Positions 38,942 through 49,144 of a stretch of DNA of 64,000 bases are shown piece by piece (positions within the stretch are counted from its first letter, which is position 1; each line of letters starts with the position of its first letter). Made by a program: the position numbers and the translations under genes. Origin of the DNA: an uncultured Hyphomicrobiales bacterium (GTDB lineage Bacteria > Bacteroidota > Ignavibacteria > Kapaibacteriales > UBA2268); assembly GCA_964606895.1 (NCBI GenBank), contig CAZSHX010000004.1:26789-90788 (forward strand), in the 5' to 3' direction. The notes under the pieces are model-generated. The model ran no database searches. It was not told where the DNA came from and saw only the letters and a list, made by a program, of their open reading frames with translations.

Positions 38942-41900
38942 TTATTTTACCGTTTGGTTTTTTGGTTGCTTTATCTTAGCTAAATATATGTAAAATACGG
39001 GAACAACATAGAGAGTCAGCACCAAAGCAAACAGCATACCGCCTACAATTACTATTCCCATAGGCATCCTGCTTTTAGCTCCCGCTCCAAGTGCAAGAGC
39101 AATCGGCAAAGCACCGAGAACAGTAGCAAGCGAGGTCATAAGGATTGGTCTGAGCCTGGAAGTTGCGGCTTCGACAGAGGATGTTATTTTATCAAGTCCG
39201 GTCAATTGCTTTTGATTTGCAAACTCAACTATTAGTATGCCGTTTTTCGTAACCAATCCGATTAACATTATCATACCAATTTCTGAAAAGATATTCAATG
39301 TCTGTCCAAATATCCATAATGACAGCATTGCTCCTGCAATAGCCAATGGAACTGTCATCATGATGATAAACGGGTCTCTGAAACTTTCAAACTGGAACGC
39401 AAGAATCAAATAAATCAGAATCAATGCAAGAATCAGAGCAAATGATGTATTACTGCCGCTCTCAATGAAATCACGACTCGGACCCGACAAATCAGTTCTG
39501 AATGAATCATCAAGCATACTGCCTGCAATTTTCTGCATTGTTTCTATTCCTTCACCAAGAGTTTTCCCAGGAGCTAAAGATGCGGAAATGGTTGCGGCTT
39601 TGAATCTGTTATAATGATAAAGCGAAGGAGGATTGCTTGCTTCAACTAATTCAACAAGATTACTCAATTGGATCATTTCGCCTTTATTGCTCCTGACATA
39701 TAACGCCGTCAAATCCAGAGGTTTATCCCTGTTGCTTCTGTCCACCTGCCCGATAACCTGATATTGCTTGCCGTTACGGAGAAAATAGCCGAATCTTTTG
39801 CCGCTCATCGCAAGTTGGAGTGTATTAGAAATATCAAGTACACTCACTCCCAAATCAGTAGATTTCAATCTGTTGATACGAACCTGAAGCTCAGGTTTAT
39901 TAAATTTCAAATTAACGTCAACATTTCCAAAAGTGGGGTCTTTTCTTGCTGTTTCAAGAAACTTAGGTAAAGCTTTCTCGATTTTAGAAAAGTCAAGATT
40001 CTGAATCACGAATTGAACCGGAAGTGCAGAACCTGAACTCATAGAAGTTGAAATCGTTTGTTCCTGAACTGACATAACTCTTGCGGCAGGCCTTTTCTTC
40101 ATTATCCGGGTAATCCTGTCGTAAATCTCCTGCTGACTTTGTTCCCTGTCCTCAGGGTCAGTTAGCATAACGTTAACCGAGCCGGTATTTGTGACTCCCT
40201 GCGAACTTGAACCGGATGGAGCTGTTATACCATAAATCAACCTTGCTTCAGGCACACTATCCATCAGAACTTGTGTATAACTATCAATTAGTTCGAGAGT
40301 TTTATCAAAATCAGTTCCTTCCGGTGCAGTAAGCGGATTTCGAATCATACTCCTGTCCTCGAGAGGTGCTAACTCTGTTTTTAGAACAGAGGAAAACACA
40401 TAAATAAATCCAAAGCAAATTGCTACAATTACAAGAGCAAACCAACGATTATGTGTAACAAATTTCAATGAAGTGCTGTATAACTCTTCCATTTTTTGAA
40501 AAAATGGCTCGGTCATTTTATAGAATTTAGAATCTGTATGCTTTTTCTTACCTAAGAAAACATTTAAGACAGGAGTCAGCGATAGTGAAACGAATGCTGA
40601 AACAAGAACAGCTCCGGCTACAACAATCCCGAATTCTCTGAAAAGTCTTCCCGTAAATCCCTGTAAAAACATTATTGGCAGAAAGACAACTGCAAGGGTT
40701 ATTGAAGTAGAAATAACTGCAAAATATATTTCCCGCGTTCCCTCTCTTGCGGCTCGATGTTTCTCCATCCCGGATTCTATCTTTTTAAATATATTCTCCG
40801 TAACAACTATTCCGTCGTCAACAACTAAACCCGTTGCGAGAATAACCGCAAGCATTGTGAGTATATTTATCGAAAAGCCGAAAATATACATTATAAAAAA
40901 AGTAGCAATAAGTGAAACAGGTATATCTATCAAAGGTCTGATTGCAATTACCCAGTTCCTGAAAAAAAGATACACAATCAGAACCACTAAAAGTATAGCA
41001 ACAAGAAGCGTTTCCTGTACTTCCAATATTGATTTTTTTACAAATTTTGTTTTGTCAATACCTATGTCAATAGCCATTCCTTCGGGAAGATTTTTTTTGA
41101 CTTCTTCGAGCCTTCTGTAAAATTCATCGGCAATATCAACATAATTGGCACCGGGCTGGGGTATGATGGACAAAGAAACACCGACAATCCCATTCATCTT
41201 GATGGATGTTTCCTCGTTCTCCGGTCCAATCATCGCTTCGCCTACGTCATTGAAACGAACAATCCTATTGTCCGTCTGTTTGATAATTAGATTATTGAAA
41301 TCTAATTCTGAGGTAAGCCGTCCGAAAGTTTTAATCGTAAGTTCGGTTTCATTTCCTCTGACTTTACCACCCGGCAAATCAACATTTTCTCGGTTAAGTG
41401 CCAGGAAAATATCCTGAACCGTCAGATTGTTAGCCGCTAATCTTGCAGGGTCAATCCACAGCCTCATTGAAGGGCGTTTCTGACCGAACATGCTAACCTG
41501 ACTGACTCCGGGTATTGTTTGAAGTTTTTCCATCAGAACATTTTCTACATAATCACTCAATTCGGTTACAGTCATTTTACTGCTGACAACTGGCATGAAA
41601 ATTATCGGGTCGCTGTTTGCATCTGCTTTTGAAACTATTGGCGGTGCATCAATATCCTGAGGTAATGACCTTATTGCCTGGCTGACTTTGTCCCGAACAT
41701 CATTCGCTGATTTTTCCATGTCGGAACCAAGTGTAAATTCAACAGTTATGTTGCTGTTTCCCAATGAAGACACTGAGGAAATTGTCCTGATGCTTTCAAT
41801 CCCGTTAATTGCTTTTTCGAGAGGTTCCGTAATTTGTGATTCAACGATTTCAGCATTAGCACCGGTGTAAGATGTTCTTACATTAATCGTTGGTGGGTCA

Positions 41901-42019
41901 ATAGCAGGATAGAGTCTTACACCAAGAAAAGTATAACCGACAATCCCGAAAATTACAATCAGGATGTTCAGAACAATAGCTCCAATAGGTCTGTCTAAAG
42001 AAAAATCCGATAGGTTCAT
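38942..42019 (-). CDS. RND-family efflux transporter (AcrB/HAE1-like)
   Basis: 1025 aa. Twelve TM helices with two large periplasmic loops. N-terminal MNLSDFSLDRPIGAIVLNILIVIFG... Conserved TM4 and TM10 regions. Confidence 0.9.
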   Translation of the reverse strand: MNLSDFSLDRPIGAIVLNILIVIFGIVGYTFLGVRLYPAIDPPTINVRTSYTGANAEIVESQITEPLEKAINGIESIRTISSVSSLGNSNITVEFTLGSDMEKSANDVRDKVSQAIRSLPQDIDAPPIVSKADANSDPIIFMPVVSSKMTVTELSDYVENVLMEKLQTIPGVSQVSMFGQKRPSMRLWIDPARLAANNLTVQDIFLALNRENVDLPGGKVRGNETELTIKTFGRLTSELDFNNLIIKQTDNRIVRFNDVGEAMIGPENEETSIKMNGIVGVSLSIIPQPGANYVDIADEFYRRLEEVKKNLPEGMAIDIGIDKTKFVKKSILEVQETLLVAILLVVLIVYLFFRNWVIAIRPLIDIPVSLIATFFIMYIFGFSINILTMLAVILATGLVVDDGIVVTENIFKKIESGMEKHRAAREGTREIYFAVISTSITLAVVFLPIMFLQGFTGRLFREFGIVVAGAVLVSAFVSLSLTPVLNVFLGKKKHTDSKFYKMTEPFFQKMEELYSTSLKFVTHNRWFALVIVAICFGFIYVFSSVLKTELAPLEDRSMIRNPLTAPEGTDFDKTLELIDSYTQVLMDSVPEARLIYGITAPSGSSSQGVTNTGSVNVMLTDPEDREQSQQEIYDRITRIMKKRPAARVMSVQEQTISTSMSSGSALPVQFVIQNLDFSKIEKALPKFLETARKDPTFGNVDVNLKFNKPELQVRINRLKSTDLGVSVLDISNTLQLAMSGKRFGYFLRNGKQYQVIGQVDRSNRDKPLDLTALYVRSNKGEMIQLSNLVELVEASNPPSLYHYNRFKAATISASLAPGKTLGEGIETMQKIAGSMLDDSFRTDLSGPSRDFIESGSNTSFALILALILIYLILAFQFESFRDPFIIMMTVPLAIAGAMLSLWIFGQTLNIFSEIGMIMLIGLVTKNGILIVEFANQKQLTGLDKITSSVEAATSRLRPILMTSLATVLGALPIALALGAGAKSRMPMGIVIVGGMLFALVLTLYVVPVFYIYLAKIKQPKNQTVK

Positions 42020-42022
42020 TTT

Positions 42023-43087
42023 TTATTTAACCTTAGAAAATTTAATTGGACTATTTGGTTTCACAAATAATATACCGGATACAACAAGAGTATCACCTTC
42101 AGCAAGTCCTGAAATCACTTCGATTGCTTCAGCCTGCCTAACCCCTGTTTTAATCACAACAGATTTGGCTATGCCGTTCTTCGCAACAAAAACCTTTTTT
42201 GTATTTGCCTGGGGTACTACTGCAGATGTTGGAATCATAATTGCATTTGCTTTGTCTCCGAGATTAGCTTTAACTTTAGCAAATGAACCGGGAATCAGTT
42301 CTTTTACGTTGCCGGAGATAAGTGCTCTAACATTTAAGTTTCTCGATTCAGACTCAATACTCGCCTCGTTAGCGATAACTTTTGCTTCATAAATCCTGTC
42401 ACTGCCACCTACCGTAAACTGAATGTTTGTGCCGGGAACCATTTTTGAACCATATTTTTCAGGAATACTGAAATCGAGTTTCAGGGTATTGACTGCCCTT
42501 ATGGTTATTATTTGTGTTGAGGGAGTGACATACTGCCCCAAACTGATTTTCCTTAGCCCAAGGACACCATCAAAAGGAGCTTTAATTTGTGTTTTTCCAA
42601 TATTTACCTTCAATATTTCAATCTGAGCTTTCAAATTACTTACCTGAAGAAAACTTGCATCGTATTCCTGTTGGCTTGTACCTTTAACATCGAAAAGTGT
42701 TTTCATCCTCTGTTCGTTATTCTCGGCAATTTTCAGTTGAACCTCAAGCATTTTCATCTGTGCCTGAAGGTCATCATCAAATAGTTTGAGCAGTTGAGTT
42801 CCCTTCTTGACAAATCTACCCTCTTCAAGATTCAAATTGACGACCTTGCCTGATACTTCGGACATAATAATGGTTTCGTCAAAAGGAAGTATCGAGCCTG
42901 AAACCTCAATTTCCTGCTGTAGCAGTGAAGTGGTAACTATCTGTCCTTCCAGATTGCTTATCAGAGAGCTGAAACTTTTATTGTTAGTATTATTTTCTTT
43001 CTTATTACCCTGAAATTTTACGAAATAGATAATAAGCCCGACAATAATAATTACGATAAATATCAATAATACTTTTGTTTTCTTCAT
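42023..43087 (-). CDS. RND efflux periplasmic adaptor (membrane fusion protein, AcrA-like)
   Basis: 354 aa. N-terminal TM anchor, coiled-coil hairpin (QAQMKMLEVQLKIAENN...), lipoyl and beta-barrel domains. It ends 4 bp before the RND gene. Confidence 0.8.
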   Translation of the reverse strand: MKKTKVLLIFIVIIIVGLIIYFVKFQGNKKENNTNNKSFSSLISNLEGQIVTTSLLQQEIEVSGSILPFDETIIMSEVSGKVVNLNLEEGRFVKKGTQLLKLFDDDLQAQMKMLEVQLKIAENNEQRMKTLFDVKGTSQQEYDASFLQVSNLKAQIEILKVNIGKTQIKAPFDGVLGLRKISLGQYVTPSTQIITIRAVNTLKLDFSIPEKYGSKMVPGTNIQFTVGGSDRIYEAKVIANEASIESESRNLNVRALISGNVKELIPGSFAKVKANLGDKANAIMIPTSAVVPQANTKKVFVAKNGIAKSVVIKTGVRQAEAIEVISGLAEGDTLVVSGILFVKPNSPIKFSKVK

Positions 43088-43532
43088 TTCAATTTAAATA
43101 TTTTTTTCGAAATCATTAGTATTTCCTAAAAATTAATGATGAGAATAATATCAAAGAATAACCTATAATCCTATTATAAAATTATCCTCTGCAATCATTA
43201 ACAAATTTCGGAAATATATATATATCATGGTTAAAAATTATATTCAAAATTTACAACCAATAAGCATTTGTAGTCGTAAGTTATTCTTTATTATTGTTAT
43301 CAAGGAATAATTTGCAGTGTTATTTTAGGGTGTCATTCCGGAAAATTATGATGAAATTAATCGTCAATTTATACTTATTCTGAATTTTGGATGCAAAGTT
43401 ATCTGTACTTTTCCACAATTCTTAAAAATATATCTATAATAAATTTAAAAAAATATTTATCTTTGTAGTTCTTTAAATGTTAAAATGAAAAAAACTATAA
43501 AAGATAATAATATTTTTGAAAGGTAGAATAAA

Positions 43533-43688
43533 ATGAAAAGAACATTTCAGCCAAGCAGAAGGAAAAGACTGAACAAACATGGCTTTAGATTGCGCATGTC
43601 CACAAAGAACGGGAGAAAAACTCTTGCCGCTCGCCGTGCCAAAGGACGTTTCAAACTGACAGTGAGCGACGAAAGAAAGAAAGCATAA
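43533..43688 (+). CDS. rpmH: 50S ribosomal protein L34
   Basis: Not in the ORF track (51 aa). [51 protein letters not shown] is the canonical L34 sequence. rnpA lies immediately downstream. Confidence 0.9.
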   Translation: MKRTFQPSRRKRLNKHGFRLRMSTKNGRKTLAARRAKGRFKLTVSDERKKA

Positions 43689-43730
43689 TTTTCCTTATTT
43701 CGCCGGAAATTTTTTAAGCAGGTTTTGGCG

Positions 43731-44153
43731 ATGGAATTCAAACTCAATACAATTAAAGGCAAAAAGGCATTTTCTTATGTTTTTGAAAATGGCAAAAAGT
43801 TCTTTGAAGAAAACTCAATGGCGGTTTTTTATTTTGCCGCAAATGATTTGGGTAGAGCAGTCTCATTGGACTGTTTGGACATAACTTATTCAGTTTCAGT
43901 ACCGAAAAAGTCAGCAAAAAAAGCAGTTGTCAGGAATAGAATAAAACGTCTGATGCGGGAAAGTATCAGACATTTTTTTTTGGAATACAACCATTCTAAA
44001 TTTCCCTGCCATACACTTACTGTTGCTCTGGTTTGGAGAAATGCACCTAAGCATCCGATGCTTATTGGTTTAAATGATGTTTCTCCCGAAATATACAGAT
44101 TGCTTTCAAGAGGTTTGGACTTTTACCGAAAGAACAATCCGAATAGGATATAA
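43731..44153 (+). CDS. rnpA: RNase P protein component
   Basis: Position directly after rpmH. Basic protein (KKAVVRNRIKRLMRE = RNR-like motif). ATG at 43731; the ORF track extends to TTG at 43725. Confidence 0.75.
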   Translation: MEFKLNTIKGKKAFSYVFENGKKFFEENSMAVFYFAANDLGRAVSLDCLDITYSVSVPKKSAKKAVVRNRIKRLMRESIRHFFLEYNHSKFPCHTLTVALVWRNAPKHPMLIGLNDVSPEIYRLLSRGLDFYRKNNPNRI

Positions 44154-44182
44154 CTGATTAATTTAGTTTTCGAAAATGTATT

Positions 44183-44392
44183 TTGAAATATTTACTTAAG
44201 TGGCTGATTAAGGGCTATCAAGTTCTTTTATCACCTGTTTTGCCCGATTCCTGCCGATTTTATCCGACCTGTTCCAATTATGCTATTGAAGCATTAGAAA
44301 AACATGGTGCGATAAAAGGCGGATTTTTGGCAGTTAAACGTATTCTTCGTTGCCATCCGTTTCACCCCGGAGGTTACGACCCTGTTCCTTGA
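44183..44392 (+). CDS. yidD: Membrane protein insertion efficiency factor YidD
   Basis: [64 protein letters not shown] start. Confidence 0.85.
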   Translation: MKYLLKWLIKGYQVLLSPVLPDSCRFYPTCSNYAIEALEKHGAIKGGFLAVKRILRCHPFHPGGYDPVP

Positions 44393-44424
44393 TTTTTGAA
44401 ATTTTTTTAAATATAAATACTACT

Positions 44425-46290
44425 ATGGATAAACGCTCGATTTTAGCTTTAGCTCTGATGGCTGTTCTGATTACAGCCTGGATGTTTTACCTTTCAATGA
44501 CACAAAAACCCGAGCCACAGCAGAAAAAAACGGTTGCTACTCAGGAAGTCGAGAAAAAAGATACCGTAAAACCTGACGAATCTGCTCATGAAAAAGCAAT
44601 TTTGGCTGACTCGGTTAAAAATATGGACAAATTCGGTCCAACTTTTCTTCCATTTTCAGTCGGTAATGAAGAAGTCATTACTATCGAAAATGATTTGGTG
44701 ATTGCCAAATTAAGTTCCAAAGGCGGAACACTTTTGGAATGGACTCTGAAAAAATTCAATTCGTGGAATAAATATCCTTCACAAATGATTTGGAACAAAG
44801 GAGGAGAGCTTTTCCTTACTTTTGCAACCCGCGACAATTACAGGATTGACACACGCGACCTGTTCTTCAAATTTGACAATACCCAGTCATCTTATAGATT
44901 AAAGGGCAATGATTCGCTTGTTCTGCATGCGAAATTATCTCCTGAACCCGGCAAAGAGATTAATAGAAAATTCGTTTTCTATGGAAATAAATACCATATA
45001 TCAACTGATGTTTCTTTAGTTGACATGGAAACCATCATCCCCGTTAAGGGATACAAATTCAATTGGAGCGACGGTTTGCGTTATATGGAGGCAAGTTCGG
45101 TTGACGAATCCTCAGATGCTCTTGCAATGACTTCAATGAACAAAGAACTCGAAGACATTGATGCTTCAGGCAACGACCCAGTTGAGAAAAATGCGACTGG
45201 CAGAATTGATTTTTCTGCAATTAAATCCAAATACTTCACTGTTGGTATCATTCCTCAGCCTCATGGCAGTTTCGACGGAACTGTCAATATGACCGGGAGC
45301 AGGACTCATGTTGAGAATGAAGGTGTGATTGAGAAATACAATATCGCTTTTCTTGTTCCTTATCGCGGCGGCAGACTTGATAAATCATTCGAAGTATATA
45401 TCGGACCTGTAGATTACGATTTAGTATCGGAATACGGACTTGGTGCAACTGTGAATTTAGGCTGGAAATGGCTTATCAGACCTATCAGTGAATTTTTCAT
45501 GCTTCCGTTTTTCAAGTTGATTTATCATTTCATCGGCAACTTCGGAATTTCGATTATCATCTTTTCAATATTCCTTAAGATCATTTTATACCCGCTTTCA
45601 GTCGGTCAGATGCGTTCAGCTCAGAAAATGAAACTGATTCAGCCCGAGATGAACAAACTTCGCGAGAAATACAAAGACGACAATGCAACAATGCAGAAAG
45701 AGACGATGTCGCTCTATTCCAAGTACGGTATAAATCCCGCAGGCGGGTGTCTGCCTTTGCTTTTGCAGATGCCTATCATGTATGCACTATGGTCTGTTTT
45801 GCGTTCGGCAATTGATTTGCGGCAATCATATTTCGGCTTGTGGATTACAGATTTATCGCAACCTGATATTTTGTTCAGCTTGCCTTTTTCTCTACTGGGA
45901 ATCAAGCATATATCCGGTTTGGCTTTGCTGATGGGTGCAACTATGTTTGTCCAGCAGAAAATGACAGTTACAGACCCCAGACAGAAAAGTATGGTTTACG
46001 TAATGCCCATCATGTTTACTTTTATGTTCTCGAATTTCCCGGCAGGTTTGAACCTCTATTATTTCATGTTCAACCTTTTAAGTATAGCTAATCAGTACTA
46101 CATCAATAACTTCTCCAAGAAGAAGATTACTCTTGAAGAAATGAGAAAATCTCCCAAAAAAGAAGGCTGGATGCAGAAGAAAATGCGTGAAGCTCAGGAA
46201 ATAGCTCATTCTCAGGGTAGAACCGTTCCGGGACAAACCACACAAAAAACTTTACCGGGTCAGAAACCTTTCCAGAAGAAGAAAAAGTAA
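44425..46290 (+). CDS. yidC: Membrane protein insertase YidC
   Basis: Start at MDKRSILALALMAVLITAWMF (TM1). Large periplasmic domain. Conserved C-terminal five-TM core (GGCLPLLLQMPIMYALW...). Lys-rich tail. The ORF track extends upstream into yidD. Confidence 0.9.
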   Translation: MDKRSILALALMAVLITAWMFYLSMTQKPEPQQKKTVATQEVEKKDTVKPDESAHEKAILADSVKNMDKFGPTFLPFSVGNEEVITIENDLVIAKLSSKGGTLLEWTLKKFNSWNKYPSQMIWNKGGELFLTFATRDNYRIDTRDLFFKFDNTQSSYRLKGNDSLVLHAKLSPEPGKEINRKFVFYGNKYHISTDVSLVDMETIIPVKGYKFNWSDGLRYMEASSVDESSDALAMTSMNKELEDIDASGNDPVEKNATGRIDFSAIKSKYFTVGIIPQPHGSFDGTVNMTGSRTHVENEGVIEKYNIAFLVPYRGGRLDKSFEVYIGPVDYDLVSEYGLGATVNLGWKWLIRPISEFFMLPFFKLIYHFIGNFGISIIIFSIFLKIILYPLSVGQMRSAQKMKLIQPEMNKLREKYKDDNATMQKETMSLYSKYGINPAGGCLPLLLQMPIMYALWSVLRSAIDLRQSYFGLWITDLSQPDILFSLPFSLLGIKHISGLALLMGATMFVQQKMTVTDPRQKSMVYVMPIMFTFMFSNFPAGLNLYYFMFNLLSIANQYYINNFSKKKITLEEMRKSPKKEGWMQKKMREAQEIAHSQGRTVPGQTTQKTLPGQKPFQKKKK

Positions 46291-46317
46291 GCACAACTTT
46301 GCTTGAAATATTAAAAA

Positions 46318-46349
46318 CGAAAAACCCCACGATATTGTGGGTTTTTTCG
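46318..46349 (+). terminator. Rho-independent terminator after yidC
   Basis: aaaacccac-gatatt-gtgggtttttt is a GC-core stem followed by a T-tract. Confidence 0.6.
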
Positions 46350-46454
46350 TTATATAGCAGGTATCATCTTTTGTATTCCACTAAATTTTATCAATTTTCG
46401 TTTTGATAAACTTTTGCTTTAAGTTAAAAACCAGAAATTACATATTAATTGAAA

Positions 46455-48143
46455 ATGAATCAAAAATTCTTTAAAATCAGCATCAATAGAACAAATAAAT
46501 TCGAATCCGGAAGACAATATTTTCCACCTACAGTTAGATTCTATCTGCTGATTTCTATTTTATTGTTCTCTTTTTCCTTTACCAATTTAAAAGCTGAAAA
46601 TCCCGTTAATCCTACTGATGCTGAGATTACCGCCCAAGCTCAGAAATTCCAGACAATCCTCCAAATGATTAGTAAATACTATAAAGACAGCGTTAATATA
46701 AGAAAAGTTAGTGAAGTGGCATTCACTGCCATGCTCAAAGATCTTGACCAATTTTCTGATTACTTTAGCACAGAACAGTACAAATCAATTAATGATAATT
46801 ATAAGGGAAGTACTTTGAGTACGGGTATAACCCTAATTTCTTTGAATGATACAATCACGGTTACAGGCGTTACAAAAGGCAGTCCGGCAGATTCTTTGGG
46901 AATATTTTCCGGAGATAAAATACTTTTTATAAATGGGCAAAATGCTATCAAAATGCCGGGGCAGGAAGCTGTTCAAAAGATTAACCAAAATCCTGATACT
47001 GCTGTTACTATTATCATCAAAAGAGGGTATTCGAGTTCACTTCAGGAGTTTCGAATAGTTAAAACCGAAGTTTTGATAACAACTATTTCCTCATTCTTTA
47101 TAATCCCGAAAACAGATATCGGATATCTCAAATTTGTTAAATTCTCTTCAATTGCAGATAAAGAATTCCTCGAAACTCTCGACAAACTTCACGACAAAGG
47201 AATGAAAAGTGTAATTATTGACCTTCGCGGCAATGCCGGAGGCTATCTGGAGCAGGTTTCACTGATGTGCGACGAGATTCTTCCCGGAAACGACACAATA
47301 ACATATACTCAGACGCGACACCCCGATTTTCTGCAAACCCATATTTCAAAAAACGGGCAAAAATATGAAGATTTACCCGTTGTGGTCATTATGGATGGTT
47401 CGTCAGCCTCGGCAAGCGAGATTCTCGCCGGAGCTGTTCAGGACTTAGACCGCGGTTTGGTCATCGGCACAATTTCATTCGGCAAAGGTTCCGTTCAAAA
47501 GCTATGGGAATTCAAAGACGGTTCGGCTTTTAGAATTACGGTAGCAGGGTATTGCACTCCCTCGGGAAGAAGCATCCAGAAATACACTTCCAAAGACCAG
47601 ATAGACCTGAGCCCTTCTGCTAAACTTGCAATGGGCGGAAATTCTCAAAAAGTAATTGACGAAATAAATAAAAAAGGCGGCGGCAAAGCTCAGCTACCTG
47701 TTTTCAAGACTTCAAAAGGAAGAACTGTTCTCGGCGGTGGTGGAATTTTCCCTGATTATTTCGTTAAGGACGACACAACCACTTTACTTACGCAGATACT
47801 GAGAACAAATGGATTATTTCTTGAGTTCTCATATATTTATCTTGCAGTCCAAAGGGAAGAAATAAATAAAAAATACGGTAAAGACTTTTTGCGATTTTTT
47901 AACGAATTTACTGTTGATGATAAGTTGATGCAGGATTTCATTCAATATGCCAAGAAAAAGAAAGTTTGGAATGAAAAAATGTACGAAACTGATAAAAATG
48001 TAATACAGGGATATGTAAAAGCTTATATATCTTATGCTCTTTGGGGCGACCCTGCTTATTTTCTTTCTTTGATGCCTTTTGATAAGCAAATTCAAAAAGC
48101 AGTTGAAGTTATGCCTGAAGCTAAAAAATTTGTTGGTAAATAA
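46455..48143 (+). CDS. C-terminal processing peptidase (S41 family, Ctp/Prc-like) with a PDZ domain
   Basis: PDZ domain: ITVTGVTKGSPADSLGIFSGDKILFINGQ. S41 core: VIIDLRGNAGGYLEQ, MDGSSASASEILAGA (catalytic Ser), FGKGSVQK (catalytic Lys). The likely ATG is at 46455. Confidence 0.8.
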   Translation: MNQKFFKISINRTNKFESGRQYFPPTVRFYLLISILLFSFSFTNLKAENPVNPTDAEITAQAQKFQTILQMISKYYKDSVNIRKVSEVAFTAMLKDLDQFSDYFSTEQYKSINDNYKGSTLSTGITLISLNDTITVTGVTKGSPADSLGIFSGDKILFINGQNAIKMPGQEAVQKINQNPDTAVTIIIKRGYSSSLQEFRIVKTEVLITTISSFFIIPKTDIGYLKFVKFSSIADKEFLETLDKLHDKGMKSVIIDLRGNAGGYLEQVSLMCDEILPGNDTITYTQTRHPDFLQTHISKNGQKYEDLPVVVIMDGSSASASEILAGAVQDLDRGLVIGTISFGKGSVQKLWEFKDGSAFRITVAGYCTPSGRSIQKYTSKDQIDLSPSAKLAMGGNSQKVIDEINKKGGGKAQLPVFKTSKGRTVLGGGGIFPDYFVKDDTTTLLTQILRTNGLFLEFSYIYLAVQREEINKKYGKDFLRFFNEFTVDDKLMQDFIQYAKKKKVWNEKMYETDKNVIQGYVKAYISYALWGDPAYFLSLMPFDKQIQKAVEVMPEAKKFVGK

Positions 48144-48162
48144 ACTTAATCGGAGAAACATT

Positions 48163-48972
48163 ATGAAAACATCTACCCGCTCAATCATGTTCTGGATATT
48201 ATCATTTGTGCTTATGGCACTTTTTGCAGTATATCAAAGAACAACAGGACCCACCTATCCCGTTAGTGGTAGTGTGGAAATCAATGCTCAAAAAATTAAA
48301 TATACTCTACCCAGATCCCACGGAGGTGATGGAGGAGAATGGGTGAAAATTACTGTACCCGACAAAACCGTAACGGGCACCATAACTCTCAAGAGGTTTA
48401 AAAGTGCAGATGAATGGAAAACGGTCGGTTTAATCCGCGAAGGTGATGTTCTGAAAGCTGAACTTCCTCATCAGGAACCTGCCGGAAAAGTCATCTATCA
48501 CATTGCACTTGCAGGGAAAGACGGAAATAAACAATTCTTATCCGAGCAACCCGTGGTCATCAGATTCAAGGGCGATGTCCCGATTTATTTCATTTTGCCT
48601 CATGTTATTTTCATTTTTGCGGCAATGTGGTTTTCAACCAGAACGGGATTGGAAGCAATTGCAAAAGGAGCAAATACTTACAAACTTGCAATGTGGACAA
48701 CTATTTTCTTCTTTATTTCAGGGCTGATTCTTGGTCCCATTGTTCAAAAATATGCTTTTGGAGCCTATTGGACGGGCTGGCCCTTCGGTCATGACCTTAC
48801 GGACAATAAAACTTTACTTGCTTTAATCATGTGGATTATAGCTCTTTGGAGGATTAAGAAGAATGGCTCTACAGTTTGGACACTTGTTGCGGCAGTAGTC
48901 TTATTCGTAATTTTTCTTATCCCGCACAGTGTGCTTGGTTCCGAAATTGACTATACCAAGTTACCGAAATAG
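48163..48972 (+). CDS. Hypothetical integral membrane protein
   Basis: ATG at 48163 (MKTSTRSIMFWILSFVLMALFAVY). Five to six TM helices and an extracytoplasmic roughly 110-aa domain. The ORF-track start at 48079 overlaps the ctp gene. Confidence 0.5.
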   Translation: MKTSTRSIMFWILSFVLMALFAVYQRTTGPTYPVSGSVEINAQKIKYTLPRSHGGDGGEWVKITVPDKTVTGTITLKRFKSADEWKTVGLIREGDVLKAELPHQEPAGKVIYHIALAGKDGNKQFLSEQPVVIRFKGDVPIYFILPHVIFIFAAMWFSTRTGLEAIAKGANTYKLAMWTTIFFFISGLILGPIVQKYAFGAYWTGWPFGHDLTDNKTLLALIMWIIALWRIKKNGSTVWTLVAAVVLFVIFLIPHSVLGSEIDYTKLPK

Positions 48973-48993
48973 TTTTAAGAGATTCATTCTTAA

Positions 48994-49030
48994 CAAAGTG
49001 CTTTTTCATACTGTATGAAAAAGCACTTTG
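48994..49030 (+). terminator. Strong hairpin terminator with a perfect 17-bp stem
   Basis: caaagtgctttttcata-ctg-tatgaaaaagcactttg, followed by tttattcc. Confidence 0.7.
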
Positions 49031-49087
49031 TTTATTCCATCTGTTCACTATAAATCTGAACAGCTAAAGTAAATTGCTTAAAAAAAT

Positions 49088-49120
49088 ATCCCTTCGCCAA
49101 AAAGTGAAGGGATTTTTTTC
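49088..49120. terminator. Bidirectional hairpin terminator between convergent genes
   Basis: atcccttc-gccaaaaagt-gaagggat is flanked by A7 upstream and T7 downstream, so either strand would produce a U-tract. It lies 25 bp beyond the stop of the 49145..51169 minus-strand gene. Confidence 0.6.
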
Positions 49121-49144
49121 TTATTATTCATATAATCAAGATAT

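Noticed and set aside
46490-46515. A tRNA-like T-loop word, ttcgaatcc.
   Set aside because: It lies inside the ctp coding sequence. It is not preceded by GG or flanked by acceptor-stem complementarity, and no cloverleaf can be formed. No other T-loop signatures were found on either strand, so I call no tRNA genes.
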